Source of the DNA: Vicinamibacterales bacterium
Lineage (GTDB): Bacteria; Acidobacteriota; Vicinamibacteria; Vicinamibacterales; JAKQTR01
Direction: 5' to 3'
Assembly (NCBI GenBank): GCA_025456345.1
Contig: JALOKU010000001.1
Coordinates: forward strand, 147,758 to 211,757
DNA: 64,000 nt
In this document: piece after piece, positions 1 to 9,838 of the stretch
Numbering within the stretch: the first letter of the stretch is position 1
Layout of the letters: each line of letters opens with the position of its first letter
Position numbers and translations under genes: made by a program
Notes under the pieces: model-generated
The model's input: the letters and a program-made list of their open reading frames with translations, nothing else
Databases searched by the model: none
What the model was told of the DNA's origin: nothing

Positions 1-1
1 G

Positions 2-532
2 GTCCGTCAGGGTGTGCTGCAGCTCCTGCCGCGCCTTCAGGCCGCCGTGCGCCGGCGCCAGGACTGCGACTTCGTCTTCATCGACACCACGAACGCCTCG
101 CGCAAGCACTATCGGGGCCTCGGAGGCATCATCCGCGGCGCCAACGTCGGCCGCTACCAGTTCCGCGACCTCGACGCGGATCTCGCCTTCGTGGCCTCGC
201 TCGATGCCGTGTTCTCTTCCCGCCTTCACCTGCCCGTCGTCGCGATGCAGTACGGCGTGCCGGCGGTGTCGGTGTTCGCGGAACGCAAGACGCGGCTGCT
301 CTATGCCAACCTCGGCCTCGAGGGGCTGTCGTTCCACCATGGGCGAATCGGCGAGCTGCTGTCACTGATTGGCAGCCGCGACGGGCTTGATCGGCTGATC
401 CGCGAGTTTCCGTTCCCGGACGCGGCGCGGCTCGGGAGGGAAAGCCTCGGTCATGTCGATGTCCTGCGCGAGGCCCTCGGGAAGGCGGTCCGGCCCGATC
501 GAGCCGCCGGGCGCGACGAGGGGGACCGATGA
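2..532 (+). CDS. polysaccharide pyruvyl transferase family protein, C-terminal fragment (5' end outside window)
   Basis: Frame is open from the window edge to TGA 530-532. ...SRLHLPVVAMQYGVPAVSVFAERKTRLLYANLGL... resembles the C-terminal core of PF04230-type pyruvyl transferases. The stop overlaps the next start (ATGA at 529-532). Confidence 0.5.
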   Translation, partial: VRQGVLQLLPRLQAAVRRRQDCDFVFIDTTNASRKHYRGLGGIIRGANVGRYQFRDLDADLAFVASLDAVFSSRLHLPVVAMQYGVPAVSVFAERKTRLLYANLGLEGLSFHHGRIGELLSLIGSRDGLDRLIREFPFPDAARLGRESLGHVDVLREALGKAVRPDRAAGRDEGDR

Positions 533-1587
533 GGCGTGCGCCGGTCCTCCCCGGGCTCGCTGTGGCTGTGGCGCTCGCCGCCGCCTCCTCCGCCGCGCGC
601 GCGCAGGTGCCGCAGGTCGTCGAGCGCGTCGAGGTGTCGCGCGTTGTGGTGGACGTGCACGTGCTGGCCGACGACGGCCGGCCGATCGCGGGGTTGGCCG
701 CCGCCGACCTGCGGGTCAGCGTGGACGGCAAGCCCGTGAAGATCGAGTCGCTGCGATGGACGACAGGATCGGTGGCGCGTGCGGACGCCGCGCCTCCGCT
801 CCCGGCGTCGGATCTCGCCGTGGGACTGCCCGGCCATCAGCCAGGCCGCCTCGTGCTGCTCCTGTTCCAGAAGGACCTCGAGCCGTCGCGCATCGAGGGC
901 CTGATGCCGATGCTGCGGCGGGCCGAAGGCCTCGTCGAGGGGCTCGGCCCTGACGACCGGGTCGCGGTGGCGTCGTTCGAGCATCATCTCGAACTGTGGA
1001 CGGACTTCACCACGGACCGCGCGGCGGTGCGCGCCATCCTGACGCGCGCCATCCTGTTCGCGGGCCGCTCGGGCGAGATCGTGGACGGCGAGCCGCCGCT
1101 GCTGTCGCGGTCCTTCGACCGGGACGCCGGCCGCCGCGCCGGGTCGATGGAGCAGGCCCTCGTCGTAGTCGGGCGCGCTCTCGATGCGATCCCGGGGCCG
1201 AAGTCCGTCGTGCTTGTCGGGCACGGCTTCGGGCGCATCATCGGCGGAACCCTGCCGTCGGCGCTCGTCGGCTTCGACGCGGAGTACGCCGAGGCGCGCC
1301 GCCTGCTGACCCGGGCTCGCGCCACCGTGTATTGCCTCGACGTGACCCGCGCGGATTCGCATACGCTCGAAACGGGCCTGATGAGCGTGGCCGAGGACAC
1401 CGGCGGGTTCTACATGAGAACGCACTGGTTTCCGGGGCAGGCCATCTCGCGGATCAGCGAGGCCCTGGACGGGCATTACGAGCTGAGCTTCGAGAAGCCG
1501 GCCTTGCCGCGCGGTGAGCACGCCATCCGGGTCGAACTCGTCGGCCGCAAGGGCGTCGTCTTCGCGCGGCGGACGTATGTCGGGTAG
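529..1587 (+). CDS. secreted VWA-domain protein, acidobacterial VWFA-related type (TIGR03436-like)
   Basis: Signal peptide (LAVAVALAAASSAARAQ). N-terminal pattern VERVEVSRVVVDVHVLADDGRPIAGLAAADLRVSVDGKPVKIESL is typical of the VWFA-related acidobacterial domain, followed by a VWA-like region. Confidence 0.75.
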   Translation: MRRAPVLPGLAVAVALAAASSAARAQVPQVVERVEVSRVVVDVHVLADDGRPIAGLAAADLRVSVDGKPVKIESLRWTTGSVARADAAPPLPASDLAVGLPGHQPGRLVLLLFQKDLEPSRIEGLMPMLRRAEGLVEGLGPDDRVAVASFEHHLELWTDFTTDRAAVRAILTRAILFAGRSGEIVDGEPPLLSRSFDRDAGRRAGSMEQALVVVGRALDAIPGPKSVVLVGHGFGRIIGGTLPSALVGFDAEYAEARRLLTRARATVYCLDVTRADSHTLETGLMSVAEDTGGFYMRTHWFPGQAISRISEALDGHYELSFEKPALPRGEHAIRVELVGRKGVVFARRTYVG

Positions 1588-1598
1588 GGCACAGCATC

Positions 1599-2339
1599 AT
1601 GATTGAATGGCTGACGAGTCCGCAGACCTGGATCGCGCTCATTACGCTCACCTCGCTGGAAATCGTGCTCGGCGTGGACAACGTGATCTTCGTGTCGATC
1701 CTCGCGAGCAAGCTGCCGCCGGCACAGCAGCCGCGTGCGCGCCGGCTGGGGCTGTTTCTCGCGATGTTCATGCGCATCGCGCTGCTGTTCTCGCTCACGT
1801 GGCTCATCAGGCTGACGGCGCCGCTGTTCGGGGCGTTCGGGCACGAGTTCTCCGGGCGGGATCTCATCCTCATCGGCGGCGGCCTCTTCCTGATTGCGAA
1901 GGCGACGTACGAAATCCACGACAAGCTCGAGGGCGACGAGGGCCACGAGTCGGCGCACGTACCCGCCTCGTTCGCGGCGGTCATCATCCAGGTGGTGCTC
2001 CTCGATGTCGTGTTTTCCCTCGACTCCGTCATCACGGCCGTGGGCATGGCGAACGATCTCGCCGTGATGGTGACGGCGGTGGTGCTCGCCGTGGCCGTCA
2101 TGATGCTGTCTGCGACCGCCGTGGCCGGCTTCGTCGACCGCCATCCGACCGTGAAGATCCTCGCGCTGAGTTTCCTGCTCCTGATCGGCATGTCGCTGAT
2201 GGCCGACGGCCTCGGCCAGCACATCTCGAAGGGCTACATCTACTTCGCGATGGCGTTCTCGGTCTTCGTCGAGGTCCTCAACCTGCGGGTCCGCAGGCGG
2301 ATGAAGCCCGTGGAGCTGAGGCACCCGTACACGAACTAA
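1599..2339 (+). CDS. TerC family integral membrane protein
   Basis: Multi-TM protein with the LEIVLGVDNVIFVSI and LLDVVFSLDSVITAVG motifs (paired DN/DS motifs of TerC/YoaE-type proteins). Confidence 0.85.
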   Translation: MIEWLTSPQTWIALITLTSLEIVLGVDNVIFVSILASKLPPAQQPRARRLGLFLAMFMRIALLFSLTWLIRLTAPLFGAFGHEFSGRDLILIGGGLFLIAKATYEIHDKLEGDEGHESAHVPASFAAVIIQVVLLDVVFSLDSVITAVGMANDLAVMVTAVVLAVAVMMLSATAVAGFVDRHPTVKILALSFLLLIGMSLMADGLGQHISKGYIYFAMAFSVFVEVLNLRVRRRMKPVELRHPYTN

Positions 2340-4048
2340 CCCGCGCCGCTCGCGCCGCCGCCGGCCGCGCCCGAGACGCCGCCGGGGTGCCCGCCTGCGT
2401 GCGCCCCCGCGCTCGACCCCGCCGACAGGATCGCCACGGTGGCACCGATGCCGGCCGGGCCGCGGGCCCCATCCCGGCTGACGGCGGCCAGCCAGGACGG
2501 CCCAATCGTGACCCCCTGCTTCTGCAGGCGCTTCGTCCACGCGAGGGCGGTGCCGAACGCCACCGCGTAGGGGAGCCAGCGCTCCAGGTGCTGGGCGCCG
2601 GGCGCGCCGCCAGCCGAGGCCTCCGGCGCGTCCCCGAGGGTCCGCTTGAACGCCCGCCAGCGCCCGGCGCGCCGGTAGCCTTCTTCCGACAACGGCGACC
2701 ACGACGCGCCCGTGATCATGCCGGCCACGCCCACGATCAGGAGCGCGATCGGCAGGGACAGCACCGGTTCTCCCACCCGGTCGAACAACGCCACGCTCGC
2801 GATGAACCCGGCGACCGACAGGAGCATCATCACCAGGCCGATGAGCATCACGCGGCCGCGCGTGCGTTCCCGGTCCGCATCGAGCAGCCGCTCGGTCCTG
2901 AGGTCGGACGCGATCGCCTCCTTCAGCCGCGTCCATCGGCGCGACGAGGCGAACGTCGTGGCCAGCTCCGAGAACGTGACGCTCGTCCTGGGCCCGTTCT
3001 TGTCGTTGAAGAGCAGCTCGAGCAGGACACGCTCGTGCGGGGCGGCGTCGGCAACGGCAGGCCCGCGCGTGATGCGCACTTCCTGCGACTTGAAGAGGCC
3101 GGCCTTCTCGACACTCTCCACGATCAGCGTGCCGCGGCGCGCGAGCTCCATCACGGCACCCAGCACAGGGCCCCATCCCGCCGACGCTCCCGTGCTGATC
3201 AGCGTGCCAGCCAGCGCGGGACGCAGATCGTCCGGGGGAGACGAGACGGCGCCTGAGGTTTCCGCGCGGGCGTGGCGGTGATTCAACGCGAACATGACGA
3301 GCCCGCCGAGTCCAGCCAGTAAGAGGAGGCCCCCCAAACCGAGGAACAGCGGCGTGTTCTCCCGGCTCCTGATCGACCGCTGCTGCCACCCGGGCGCGAT
3401 CGGTGCCACCGAGCGGGGCGCGAAACGCAAGCTGACCACCCACGACGCATCCCCCTCGAACGGGCATCGCTCGAAACGGACAGTCCGGCCTTCGTGCCGG
3501 ACATCGGGGGAGGACGGATCGAGGACCGCTTCTGCCACAAGCGCCGCGTCCGCCGGGTAGGCGACCTCACCGGATGCGCAGTCGATCGCGTACTCGCGGC
3601 GCGTCGGGAGCAGCGTCCAGGCCAGCACATCGCTCTCCGTGTCCTGCCACACCACGCCGGCCGCGCGATACGTCACCGTGAACGTCCGCGAGGCATTCGA
3701 CGTGGCGGGGAAGTGCCACACAATCCGGCGCTTGTTGTCGTCGCGCTTCAGCTCGAACTGCCCGGCGCCTTTTCCGCGTTCCATGGGGACGCCGTCCATC
3801 GAGGCCTCGATGATGGTCAGCCCGTCAGTCCTCCTGGAGGGCAGCTCCCGGTAGACGTAGGTGAACTGGTCCGGGCCGAAGGCGAAGCGGATGGTCTCGG
3901 TGACGACGATGGACCCGCCGGGTTCGACGACGACGCGGGAGTGAAAGCGCTCGGCGCGGTAGGACTTCGCCGCGGCGGCCGGGGTGGCCGCAGCGGCAAG
4001 AACGGCCGCGGCCGCGGTGACGAGGATGGCGAGACGCCGGATGGACAT
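2336..4048 (-). CDS. DUF2207 domain-containing membrane protein
   Basis: Start taken at MSIRRLAILV (signal/anchor), not the upstream GTG of the 624-aa ORF. N-terminal YRAERFHSRVVVEPGGSIVVTETIRFAF pattern, central TM helices and a Gly-rich C-terminal tail (GGVSGAAGGGASGAG) are typical of DUF2207. Confidence 0.8.
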   Translation of the reverse strand: MSIRRLAILVTAAAAVLAAAATPAAAAKSYRAERFHSRVVVEPGGSIVVTETIRFAFGPDQFTYVYRELPSRRTDGLTIIEASMDGVPMERGKGAGQFELKRDDNKRRIVWHFPATSNASRTFTVTYRAAGVVWQDTESDVLAWTLLPTRREYAIDCASGEVAYPADAALVAEAVLDPSSPDVRHEGRTVRFERCPFEGDASWVVSLRFAPRSVAPIAPGWQQRSIRSRENTPLFLGLGGLLLLAGLGGLVMFALNHRHARAETSGAVSSPPDDLRPALAGTLISTGASAGWGPVLGAVMELARRGTLIVESVEKAGLFKSQEVRITRGPAVADAAPHERVLLELLFNDKNGPRTSVTFSELATTFASSRRWTRLKEAIASDLRTERLLDADRERTRGRVMLIGLVMMLLSVAGFIASVALFDRVGEPVLSLPIALLIVGVAGMITGASWSPLSEEGYRRAGRWRAFKRTLGDAPEASAGGAPGAQHLERWLPYAVAFGTALAWTKRLQKQGVTIGPSWLAAVSRDGARGPAGIGATVAILSAGSSAGAHAGGHPGGVSGAAGGGASGAG

Positions 4049-4070
4049 CGCTGCCTCCAGTGCTTTCAAT

Positions 4071-4088
4071 ATGATATCATTTCGAAAT
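4071..4088. promoter_or_regulatory. AT-rich divergent promoter/operator candidate: two overlapping perfect 10-nt palindromes
   Basis: ATGATATCAT (4071-4080) and ATTTCGAAAT (4079-4088) form the only AT-rich stretch between the divergent starts at 4048 (-) and 4138 (+). -10-like hexamers (TATCAT / CATATT) are present on both strands. Confidence 0.3.
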
Positions 4089-4137
4089 CTCGCTGTCCAG
4101 CGCCCGAAACTGGCAGGATCGGAAGGGAGCACTCCGC

Positions 4138-4422
4138 ATGGAATTCCAGTATCAGCCGCAGATTCTGGCGCAGTTGCTGACCCACGGCGTCCGGCCGCTG
4201 CCGCGCACACGCCCGGCGCTCGTCTTCCGCCATCTCGGCGAACTCTACCGCTACGAGTTGCGCCGGCTGAAGCGCCTGCGTGACGAGGGGGTGATTCCTC
4301 ATGGGGAGTACGGGGGGCGCGTGGTGGCCCTTCGCCGCCAGTATCCGCTCGTGTCGGTGCCGGTGAGGCTCTGGACCGTGCCCGGCACGCCGCCCGACCC
4401 GGAGGACGTGCCGCTGTGCTGA
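4138..4422 (+). CDS. hypothetical small basic protein (94 aa)
   Basis: ATG preceded by GGAAGGGAG about 10 nt upstream. Third-codon positions are strongly G/C as in neighbouring genes. I recognise no family. Lies just upstream of the ABC efflux operon. Confidence 0.4.
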   Translation: MEFQYQPQILAQLLTHGVRPLPRTRPALVFRHLGELYRYELRRLKRLRDEGVIPHGEYGGRVVALRRQYPLVSVPVRLWTVPGTPPDPEDVPLC

Positions 4423-4458
4423 CGAGGCGCAGTGCGGTAAACTAAAAGGCTCGACCCC

Positions 4459-5691
4459 ATGAGTCAACCGAAACCCTCGCTGAGCGACCTCCGGATTGAG
4501 GACCATGCGCGCTATGGCGGCTCAGGGCGCATGGGACTCGGGTTGCTCGTCATCGTCGTCGCCGCCGTGGCTGGCGCGGCGCTGTGGTATTGGTTCCGCG
4601 CCCCGCGCCCGGTTCCAGTCCGGGTGGCGCCGGTGGTCGAGACCGGCGCCGCGTCTGGCAGCAGCGGCCCGGCGGTGTTGAATGCCTCCGGCTACGTCAC
4701 GGCCCGCCGGCGGGCGACCGTCTCCTCCAAGATGACCGGCAAGGTCGTCGACGTGATGGTCGAGGAAGGCATGGCGGTCAAGGCGGGCCAGGTGCTCGCC
4801 CGCCTCGACGACACGACGCTGCGGCGCTACTTCGAACTCGCGGAAGCCGAACTCGGCGCATCGCGGGGGACGGCCGCCGAAACCGAGGTGCGGCTCAAGG
4901 AAGCCCGCCAGACGCTCGATCGTGCGCGCGCGCTGGTCCGCGACGGCATCTCCGGCCAGGCGGATCTGGATCGGGCCGAGGCCGAGGTTGACGCGCTCAA
5001 GGCCCGGCTCGACTTGACCCGCGAGCAGGTGACAGTAGCGGAGCGGCAGGTGGCGCTGCGCCAGTCGGACCTGGACGACACGGTGATTCGCGCGCCGTTT
5101 GCCGGCGTCGCGCTCTCGAAGGACGCGCAGCCCGGCGAGATGGTGTCGCCGGTGTCGGCGGGCGGCGGGTTCACGCGCACGGGCATCTCGACGATTGTCG
5201 ACATGTCGTCGCTCGAGATCGAAGTGGACGTGAACGAGAGCTTCATCAACCGCGTCACGCCCGGCCAGAAGGTCGACGCCACGCTCGACGCGTATCCGGA
5301 CTGGCGCATTCCCGGCCACGTCGTCGCGATCGTGCCCACGGCCGACCGTCAGCGGGCCACCGTGCTGGTCCGCATCGGGTTCGAGAAGCTCGACCCGCGG
5401 ATCCTGCCGGACATGGGCGTGAAGGTGGCCTTCCTGGGGGCGGCGGAGCCGGCGGCGGGTGCCTCTCCGGCGCGTCCGAGGTTCTCGATCCCGAAAGCCG
5501 CGGTCCGGACGGATCAGGGGCAGTCCATCGTGTTCGTCATCGTGGGCGATCGCGTAGAGCGCCGGGCGGTCCGCACGGGCGACGCGAAGGGCGACCAGAC
5601 GGAAATCGTGAGCGGCCTCGCGTTGGGCGAGCGGGTCGTGGTGGAGGGCCCGCCCGACCTGGCCGAAGGCCGTGCGGTCATCATCCGCTAA
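4459..5691 (+). CDS. efflux transporter periplasmic adaptor subunit (HlyD/MacA-like)
   Basis: N-terminal TM anchor, then LNASGYVTARRRATVSSKMTGKVVDVMVEEGMAVKAGQVLARLDD (lipoyl/barrel-sandwich signature), coiled-coil hairpin and beta-barrel region. Followed by ABC ATPase and permeases. Confidence 0.85.
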   Translation: MSQPKPSLSDLRIEDHARYGGSGRMGLGLLVIVVAAVAGAALWYWFRAPRPVPVRVAPVVETGAASGSSGPAVLNASGYVTARRRATVSSKMTGKVVDVMVEEGMAVKAGQVLARLDDTTLRRYFELAEAELGASRGTAAETEVRLKEARQTLDRARALVRDGISGQADLDRAEAEVDALKARLDLTREQVTVAERQVALRQSDLDDTVIRAPFAGVALSKDAQPGEMVSPVSAGGGFTRTGISTIVDMSSLEIEVDVNESFINRVTPGQKVDATLDAYPDWRIPGHVVAIVPTADRQRATVLVRIGFEKLDPRILPDMGVKVAFLGAAEPAAGASPARPRFSIPKAAVRTDQGQSIVFVIVGDRVERRAVRTGDAKGDQTEIVSGLALGERVVVEGPPDLAEGRAVIIR

Positions 5692-5700
5692 CCGGGGAGC

Positions 5701-6414
5701 ATGTCCATGAGTGGTGCCGGGCCGGCCGACGGCGTTCTCGTGACTGTTCGCAACGTGCACAAGGAGTTCCGCCGCGGCGGCGAGCGGATCGACGTGCTGC
5801 AGGGGCTCAGTCTCGACATCCCGCGCGGGGACTTCCTGGCGCTGATGGGGCCGTCAGGGTCGGGGAAGTCGACACTGCTGAACCTGCTCGGCGGCCTCGA
5901 TCGCCCGACGCGGGGTGAGGTCGAGATCGGCGGCCAGCGCATCGACCAGATGTCCGGTGGCCAGCTTGCCGCCTGGCGCGCGCGGCACATCGGGTTCGTG
6001 TTCCAGATGTACAACCTCCTGCCGGTGCTGACGGCCGAGCGGAACGTGGAACTGCCGCTGCTGCTCACCAGCCTCGGCGCCGCGAAGCGCAAGCAGCACG
6101 TCGCGACGGCGCTGGGCGTGGTCGGCCTGACCGATCGCGCGAAGCACTACCCGCGCCAGCTCTCGGGCGGCCAGGAGCAGCGCGCGGGCATCGCGCGGGC
6201 GCTGGTCACCGATCCGACGCTGCTGCTCTGCGACGAACCGACGGGCGATCTCGACCGCAAGTCGGGGGACGAGATTCTCGACCTGCTGCAGGGCCTGAAC
6301 CGCCTGCACGGCAAGACCATCGTCATGGTCACGCATGATCCCCATGCCGCGGCGAGGGCGAAGCGCGTACTCTACCTCGACAAGGGCGTCCTCGTGCGGG
6401 AGCCGGTCGTATGA
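5701..6414 (+). CDS. ABC transporter ATP-binding protein (MacB/LolD type)
   Basis: Walker [10 protein letters not shown], signature LSGGQEQR, Walker [13 protein letters not shown]. Confidence 0.9.
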   Translation: MSMSGAGPADGVLVTVRNVHKEFRRGGERIDVLQGLSLDIPRGDFLALMGPSGSGKSTLLNLLGGLDRPTRGEVEIGGQRIDQMSGGQLAAWRARHIGFVFQMYNLLPVLTAERNVELPLLLTSLGAAKRKQHVATALGVVGLTDRAKHYPRQLSGGQEQRAGIARALVTDPTLLLCDEPTGDLDRKSGDEILDLLQGLNRLHGKTIVMVTHDPHAAARAKRVLYLDKGVLVREPVV

Positions 6415-7565
6415 AGTACCTGCCCCTCGTGTGGCGGAACCTCATCCGGCGCAAGACCCGCACGACGTTCACCGTCCTGTCGATCGTCGTCGCGTTCCTG
6501 CTGTTCGGCATCCTCGCGGCGCTGAACATGGCGTTCGGCATGGGCATCGAGCTGGCGGGCAACGACCGGCTGATCATCCAGCACAAGGTGTCGATCATCC
6601 AGTTGCTCCCCGAGAGCTACGGCGCGCGCCTCGAGACGACGCCCGGCGTCACCGACGTCCTCCACCAGACCTGGTTTGGCGGCATCTACCAGAAGCCGAG
6701 CAACTTCTTCATGCAGTGCCCGGTGCATCCGGCGACGCTGCTGGCGCTGTATCCGGAGTACCTGCTGCCCGAGGACCAGACGAAGGCGTGGCTCAGCGAT
6801 CGCACGTGCGCCATCGTGGGCCGCCAGACGGCGGACCGCTTCGGCTTCAAGGTTGGCGATCGCATTCCCATCCAGGCGACCATTTGGCGCAAGCGGGACG
6901 GCAGCAGCAACTGGGAGTTCAACCTCTGCGGCATCTTCGACGGGGACAAGAAGGGCGTCGACACCACGCCGTTCTTCTTCAACTACGAGTACTTCGACGA
7001 GGCGCGGCAGTTCGGCCAGGGCCAGGTCGGCTGGTACGTGATCCGCATCAACGATCCCGCCGCGGCGCCGCAGATCGCCGAGCGGATCGACGCGCAATTC
7101 GCCAACTCGCCCGCCGAGACCAAGACGACGACGGAGAAGGCGTTCCTGCAGGCGTTCGCGAAGCAGGTGGGCGACATCGGTGCGATCATCCGCGGCATCG
7201 TCACCGCCGTGTTCTTCACGATCCTTCTGGTGGCCGCGAACACGATGGCCCAGTCGGTGCGCGAACGCACGAGCGAACTGGCCGTCCTCAAGACCCTGGG
7301 CTTCTCGGACGGCCTCGTGCTCGCCCTCGTGCTCATCGAGTCGTGCGCGATTGCCGTCCTGGGCGGCGCCATCGGCCTGGGCCTCGCCTGGCTCATCACG
7401 CAGGGCGGCGACCCGACGGGCGGCATGCTGCCGGCGTTCTTCCTGCCGACGGCCGACCTGGTGCGGGGCGCGATCTTCGCGCTCGCCCTCGGCCTCGTGG
7501 CGGGCATCATGCCGGCGGTGCAGGCGATGCGGTTGCGCATCGTCGATGCGTTGAGGAGGAGTTAG
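6411..7565 (+). CDS. ABC transporter permease, FtsX/MacB-like
   Basis: ATGA overlap with the ATPase gene. N-terminal TM, large periplasmic domain and C-terminal FtsX-type 3-TM bundle. Confidence 0.85.
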   Translation: MKYLPLVWRNLIRRKTRTTFTVLSIVVAFLLFGILAALNMAFGMGIELAGNDRLIIQHKVSIIQLLPESYGARLETTPGVTDVLHQTWFGGIYQKPSNFFMQCPVHPATLLALYPEYLLPEDQTKAWLSDRTCAIVGRQTADRFGFKVGDRIPIQATIWRKRDGSSNWEFNLCGIFDGDKKGVDTTPFFFNYEYFDEARQFGQGQVGWYVIRINDPAAAPQIAERIDAQFANSPAETKTTTEKAFLQAFAKQVGDIGAIIRGIVTAVFFTILLVAANTMAQSVRERTSELAVLKTLGFSDGLVLALVLIESCAIAVLGGAIGLGLAWLITQGGDPTGGMLPAFFLPTADLVRGAIFALALGLVAGIMPAVQAMRLRIVDALRRS

Positions 7566-7567
7566 CC

Positions 7568-8767
7568 ATGCGCGCGCTGACAGGCTGGCTGTCCCAGGTC
7601 GCGGTCGTGACGCTGCTCAACCTGCGCACCATCCACCAGCGCCTGACGTCGTCGCTTGTGGCGGTGGTCGGCATCGCGGGCGTCGTCGCGGTGCTTGTCG
7701 CCGTGCTGTCGATGGCGCAGGGCTTCCGCAGGACGATGGCGACCACCGGGTCGCCGGACACCGCCATCGTGATGCGCTCGGGCGCCGACAGCGAGATGGT
7801 CAGCGGCCTGGCGCTCGAGGATACGCGCCTGATCGCGGACGCGGCCGGCGTGCGTCGCAACCAGAGCGGGCCGGTCGCGTCGGCCGAGCTGTTCGTCATC
7901 GTGGACCTGCCGAAGCGCACGACGAACACGACCGCGAACGTGCCGCTCCGGGGCGTCGGACCGAATGCCTTCGCGGTCCGCCCGAATGTCCGCATCGTGG
8001 AAGGACGGAAGTTCGAGACCGGGCGGAACGAAGTCATCGTCGGGCGGGGCGCCGCCGGCCAGTTCGCCGGCCTCGAGATCGGCCGGGTGCTCAAGTTCGG
8101 GCAGGGCGATTGGACGGTCGTCGGCATCTTCGACGCCGGCGGCACGATGTCGGACTCCGAGCTGTGGTGCGACGCGGCGGTGCTGCAGCCGGCCTACCGG
8201 CGCGGCAACTCGTTCCAGACCGTCTATGCCAAGCTCGAGTCGCCCGAGGCGTTCACCAGGTTCAAGGACGCCCTGACGACCGACCCCAGGCTCAATCTCA
8301 AAGTGCTGCGGGAAACGGACTACTTCGCCGAGCAGTCGCAGCTGGTGTCGAACCTCATCACGACGCTCGGCGCCGGCATCGCGCTGCTGATGGGGATCGG
8401 CGCCATCTTCGGGGCGATCAACACGATGTACTCGGCGGTGGCGTCGCGCACCCGGGAGATCGCCACGCTGCGTGCGCTCGGGTTCGGCGGCGGGCCGGTC
8501 GTGGTGTCGGTGCTGGTGGAGTCGCTGCTGCTGTCGCTCATCGGCGGCGCGATCGGCGGCGCCCTCGCCTACGTGGGGTTCAACGGGTTTCAGACGTCCA
8601 CGATCAACTGGCAGACGTTCAGCCAGGTTGCCTTCGCGTTCGCCGTGACCCCGGGCCTGATCGTCGCCGGGATCGTGTATGCCTTGCTGATGGGGCTGCT
8701 GGGCGGCCTGCTGCCGGCCGTGCGCGCCGCGCGGCTGCCCATCGTGGCGGCATTGAGAGAGCTCTAG
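7568..8767 (+). CDS. ABC transporter permease, FtsX/MacB-like (second copy)
   Basis: ATG at 7568, 2 nt after the previous stop. Same architecture as the preceding permease (MRALTGWLSQVAVVTLLNLRTIHQR...; C-terminal FtsX bundle). Confidence 0.85.
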   Translation: MRALTGWLSQVAVVTLLNLRTIHQRLTSSLVAVVGIAGVVAVLVAVLSMAQGFRRTMATTGSPDTAIVMRSGADSEMVSGLALEDTRLIADAAGVRRNQSGPVASAELFVIVDLPKRTTNTTANVPLRGVGPNAFAVRPNVRIVEGRKFETGRNEVIVGRGAAGQFAGLEIGRVLKFGQGDWTVVGIFDAGGTMSDSELWCDAAVLQPAYRRGNSFQTVYAKLESPEAFTRFKDALTTDPRLNLKVLRETDYFAEQSQLVSNLITTLGAGIALLMGIGAIFGAINTMYSAVASRTREIATLRALGFGGGPVVVSVLVESLLLSLIGGAIGGALAYVGFNGFQTSTINWQTFSQVAFAFAVTPGLIVAGIVYALLMGLLGGLLPAVRAARLPIVAALREL

Positions 8768-8859
8768 GGACGGTTTCAGAACCTGCGGGAGGCGGCCTGC
8801 CTGCGCCGCGCGAACGGGTTCTGACACCACGTGCGGGGGCGGTCGGGGCGGGGGACGAC

Positions 8860-9801
8860 ATGAGACGAGTCAAGAACGGCGTCGCCGACTGGTTCGACGC
8901 CGATCGGCTGGCTGACACGTTCGCGAGCGGCGACACCACGATTGACTGGGTGCGGACCGTGCCCTACCTCGGCGTGCACCTCGCGTGCCTCGGCGTGATC
9001 TGGGTCGGCTGGAGCTGGGCCGCCGTGGCCGTGGCCGTGGCGCTCTACGTGGCGCGCATGTTCGCGATCACCGGCTTCTATCACCGGTACTTCTCCCACA
9101 AGTCGTTCAAGACCTCGCGCGCCTTTCAGTTCGTGATGGCCGTCTGGGGCGCGTCCTCGGTGCAGCGGGGGCCGCTCTGGTGGGCTGCGCATCACCGTCA
9201 CCATCATCAGCATTCCGACGACGAGGCGGACTGGCATTCGCCCACCCAACGCGGGTTCTGGTTCGCGCACATGGGGTGGTTCCTCACGAAAGGTGCGTTC
9301 GCCACGCAGACGAAGTACATCCGGGACCTGCTGCGCTTTCCCGAGTTGCGGCTCATCGACCGGTTCGACTGGATCGTGCCGGTGATGCTCGCCGCCACAA
9401 CGTACGGGCTCGGCGCGCTGCTCGAGCGCGAGGCGCCGGGGTTGGGGACCAGCGGGCCTCAGATGCTCGTGTGGGGGTTCTTCATCTCCACCGTGGTCAA
9501 TTATCACGCGACCTACACGATCAACTCCCTGTCGCACGTCTTCGGCCGCCGCCGCTTCGCGACCCGCGACACGAGCCGCAACAACTGGCTGCTGGCGCTC
9601 ATCACGCTGGGCGAAGGGTGGCACAACAACCACCACCACTTTTCGGCGTCGGCGCGCCAGGGGTTCTACTGGTGGGAAATCGACGTCACGTACTACGTCC
9701 TGAAGGTGATGTCGTGGATGCGCCTCGTGTGGGACCTGAAGCCCGTGCCGCCGCAGGCCTTGGAGAGAGGGCGCATCGACGGCGCCCAGGCGTCGGCGTG
9801 A
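8860..9801 (+). CDS. acyl-CoA (Delta9-type) fatty acid desaturase
   Basis: Three histidine boxes: HRYFSH, HHRHHH, HNNHHH. Membrane-desaturase topology. Confidence 0.85.
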   Translation: MRRVKNGVADWFDADRLADTFASGDTTIDWVRTVPYLGVHLACLGVIWVGWSWAAVAVAVALYVARMFAITGFYHRYFSHKSFKTSRAFQFVMAVWGASSVQRGPLWWAAHHRHHHQHSDDEADWHSPTQRGFWFAHMGWFLTKGAFATQTKYIRDLLRFPELRLIDRFDWIVPVMLAATTYGLGALLEREAPGLGTSGPQMLVWGFFISTVVNYHATYTINSLSHVFGRRRFATRDTSRNNWLLALITLGEGWHNNHHHFSASARQGFYWWEIDVTYYVLKVMSWMRLVWDLKPVPPQALERGRIDGAQASA

Positions 9802-9838
9802 CGCTCGCGCAGCGGTCCCATCCCGCCTGCCGGATCAC

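Noticed and set aside
1476-3467. 663-aa minus-strand ORF spanning the TerC and DUF2207 genes. Similar giants occur at 13004-15466, 39077-42844, 45477-49055, 53001-55721 and 56587-59175.
   Set aside because: They are Arg/Ala/Gly/Pro/His-rich with no recognisable motifs. Each lies antisense to, or out of frame with, genes that have clear family signatures. These are typical stop-codon-poor artefacts of high-GC DNA.
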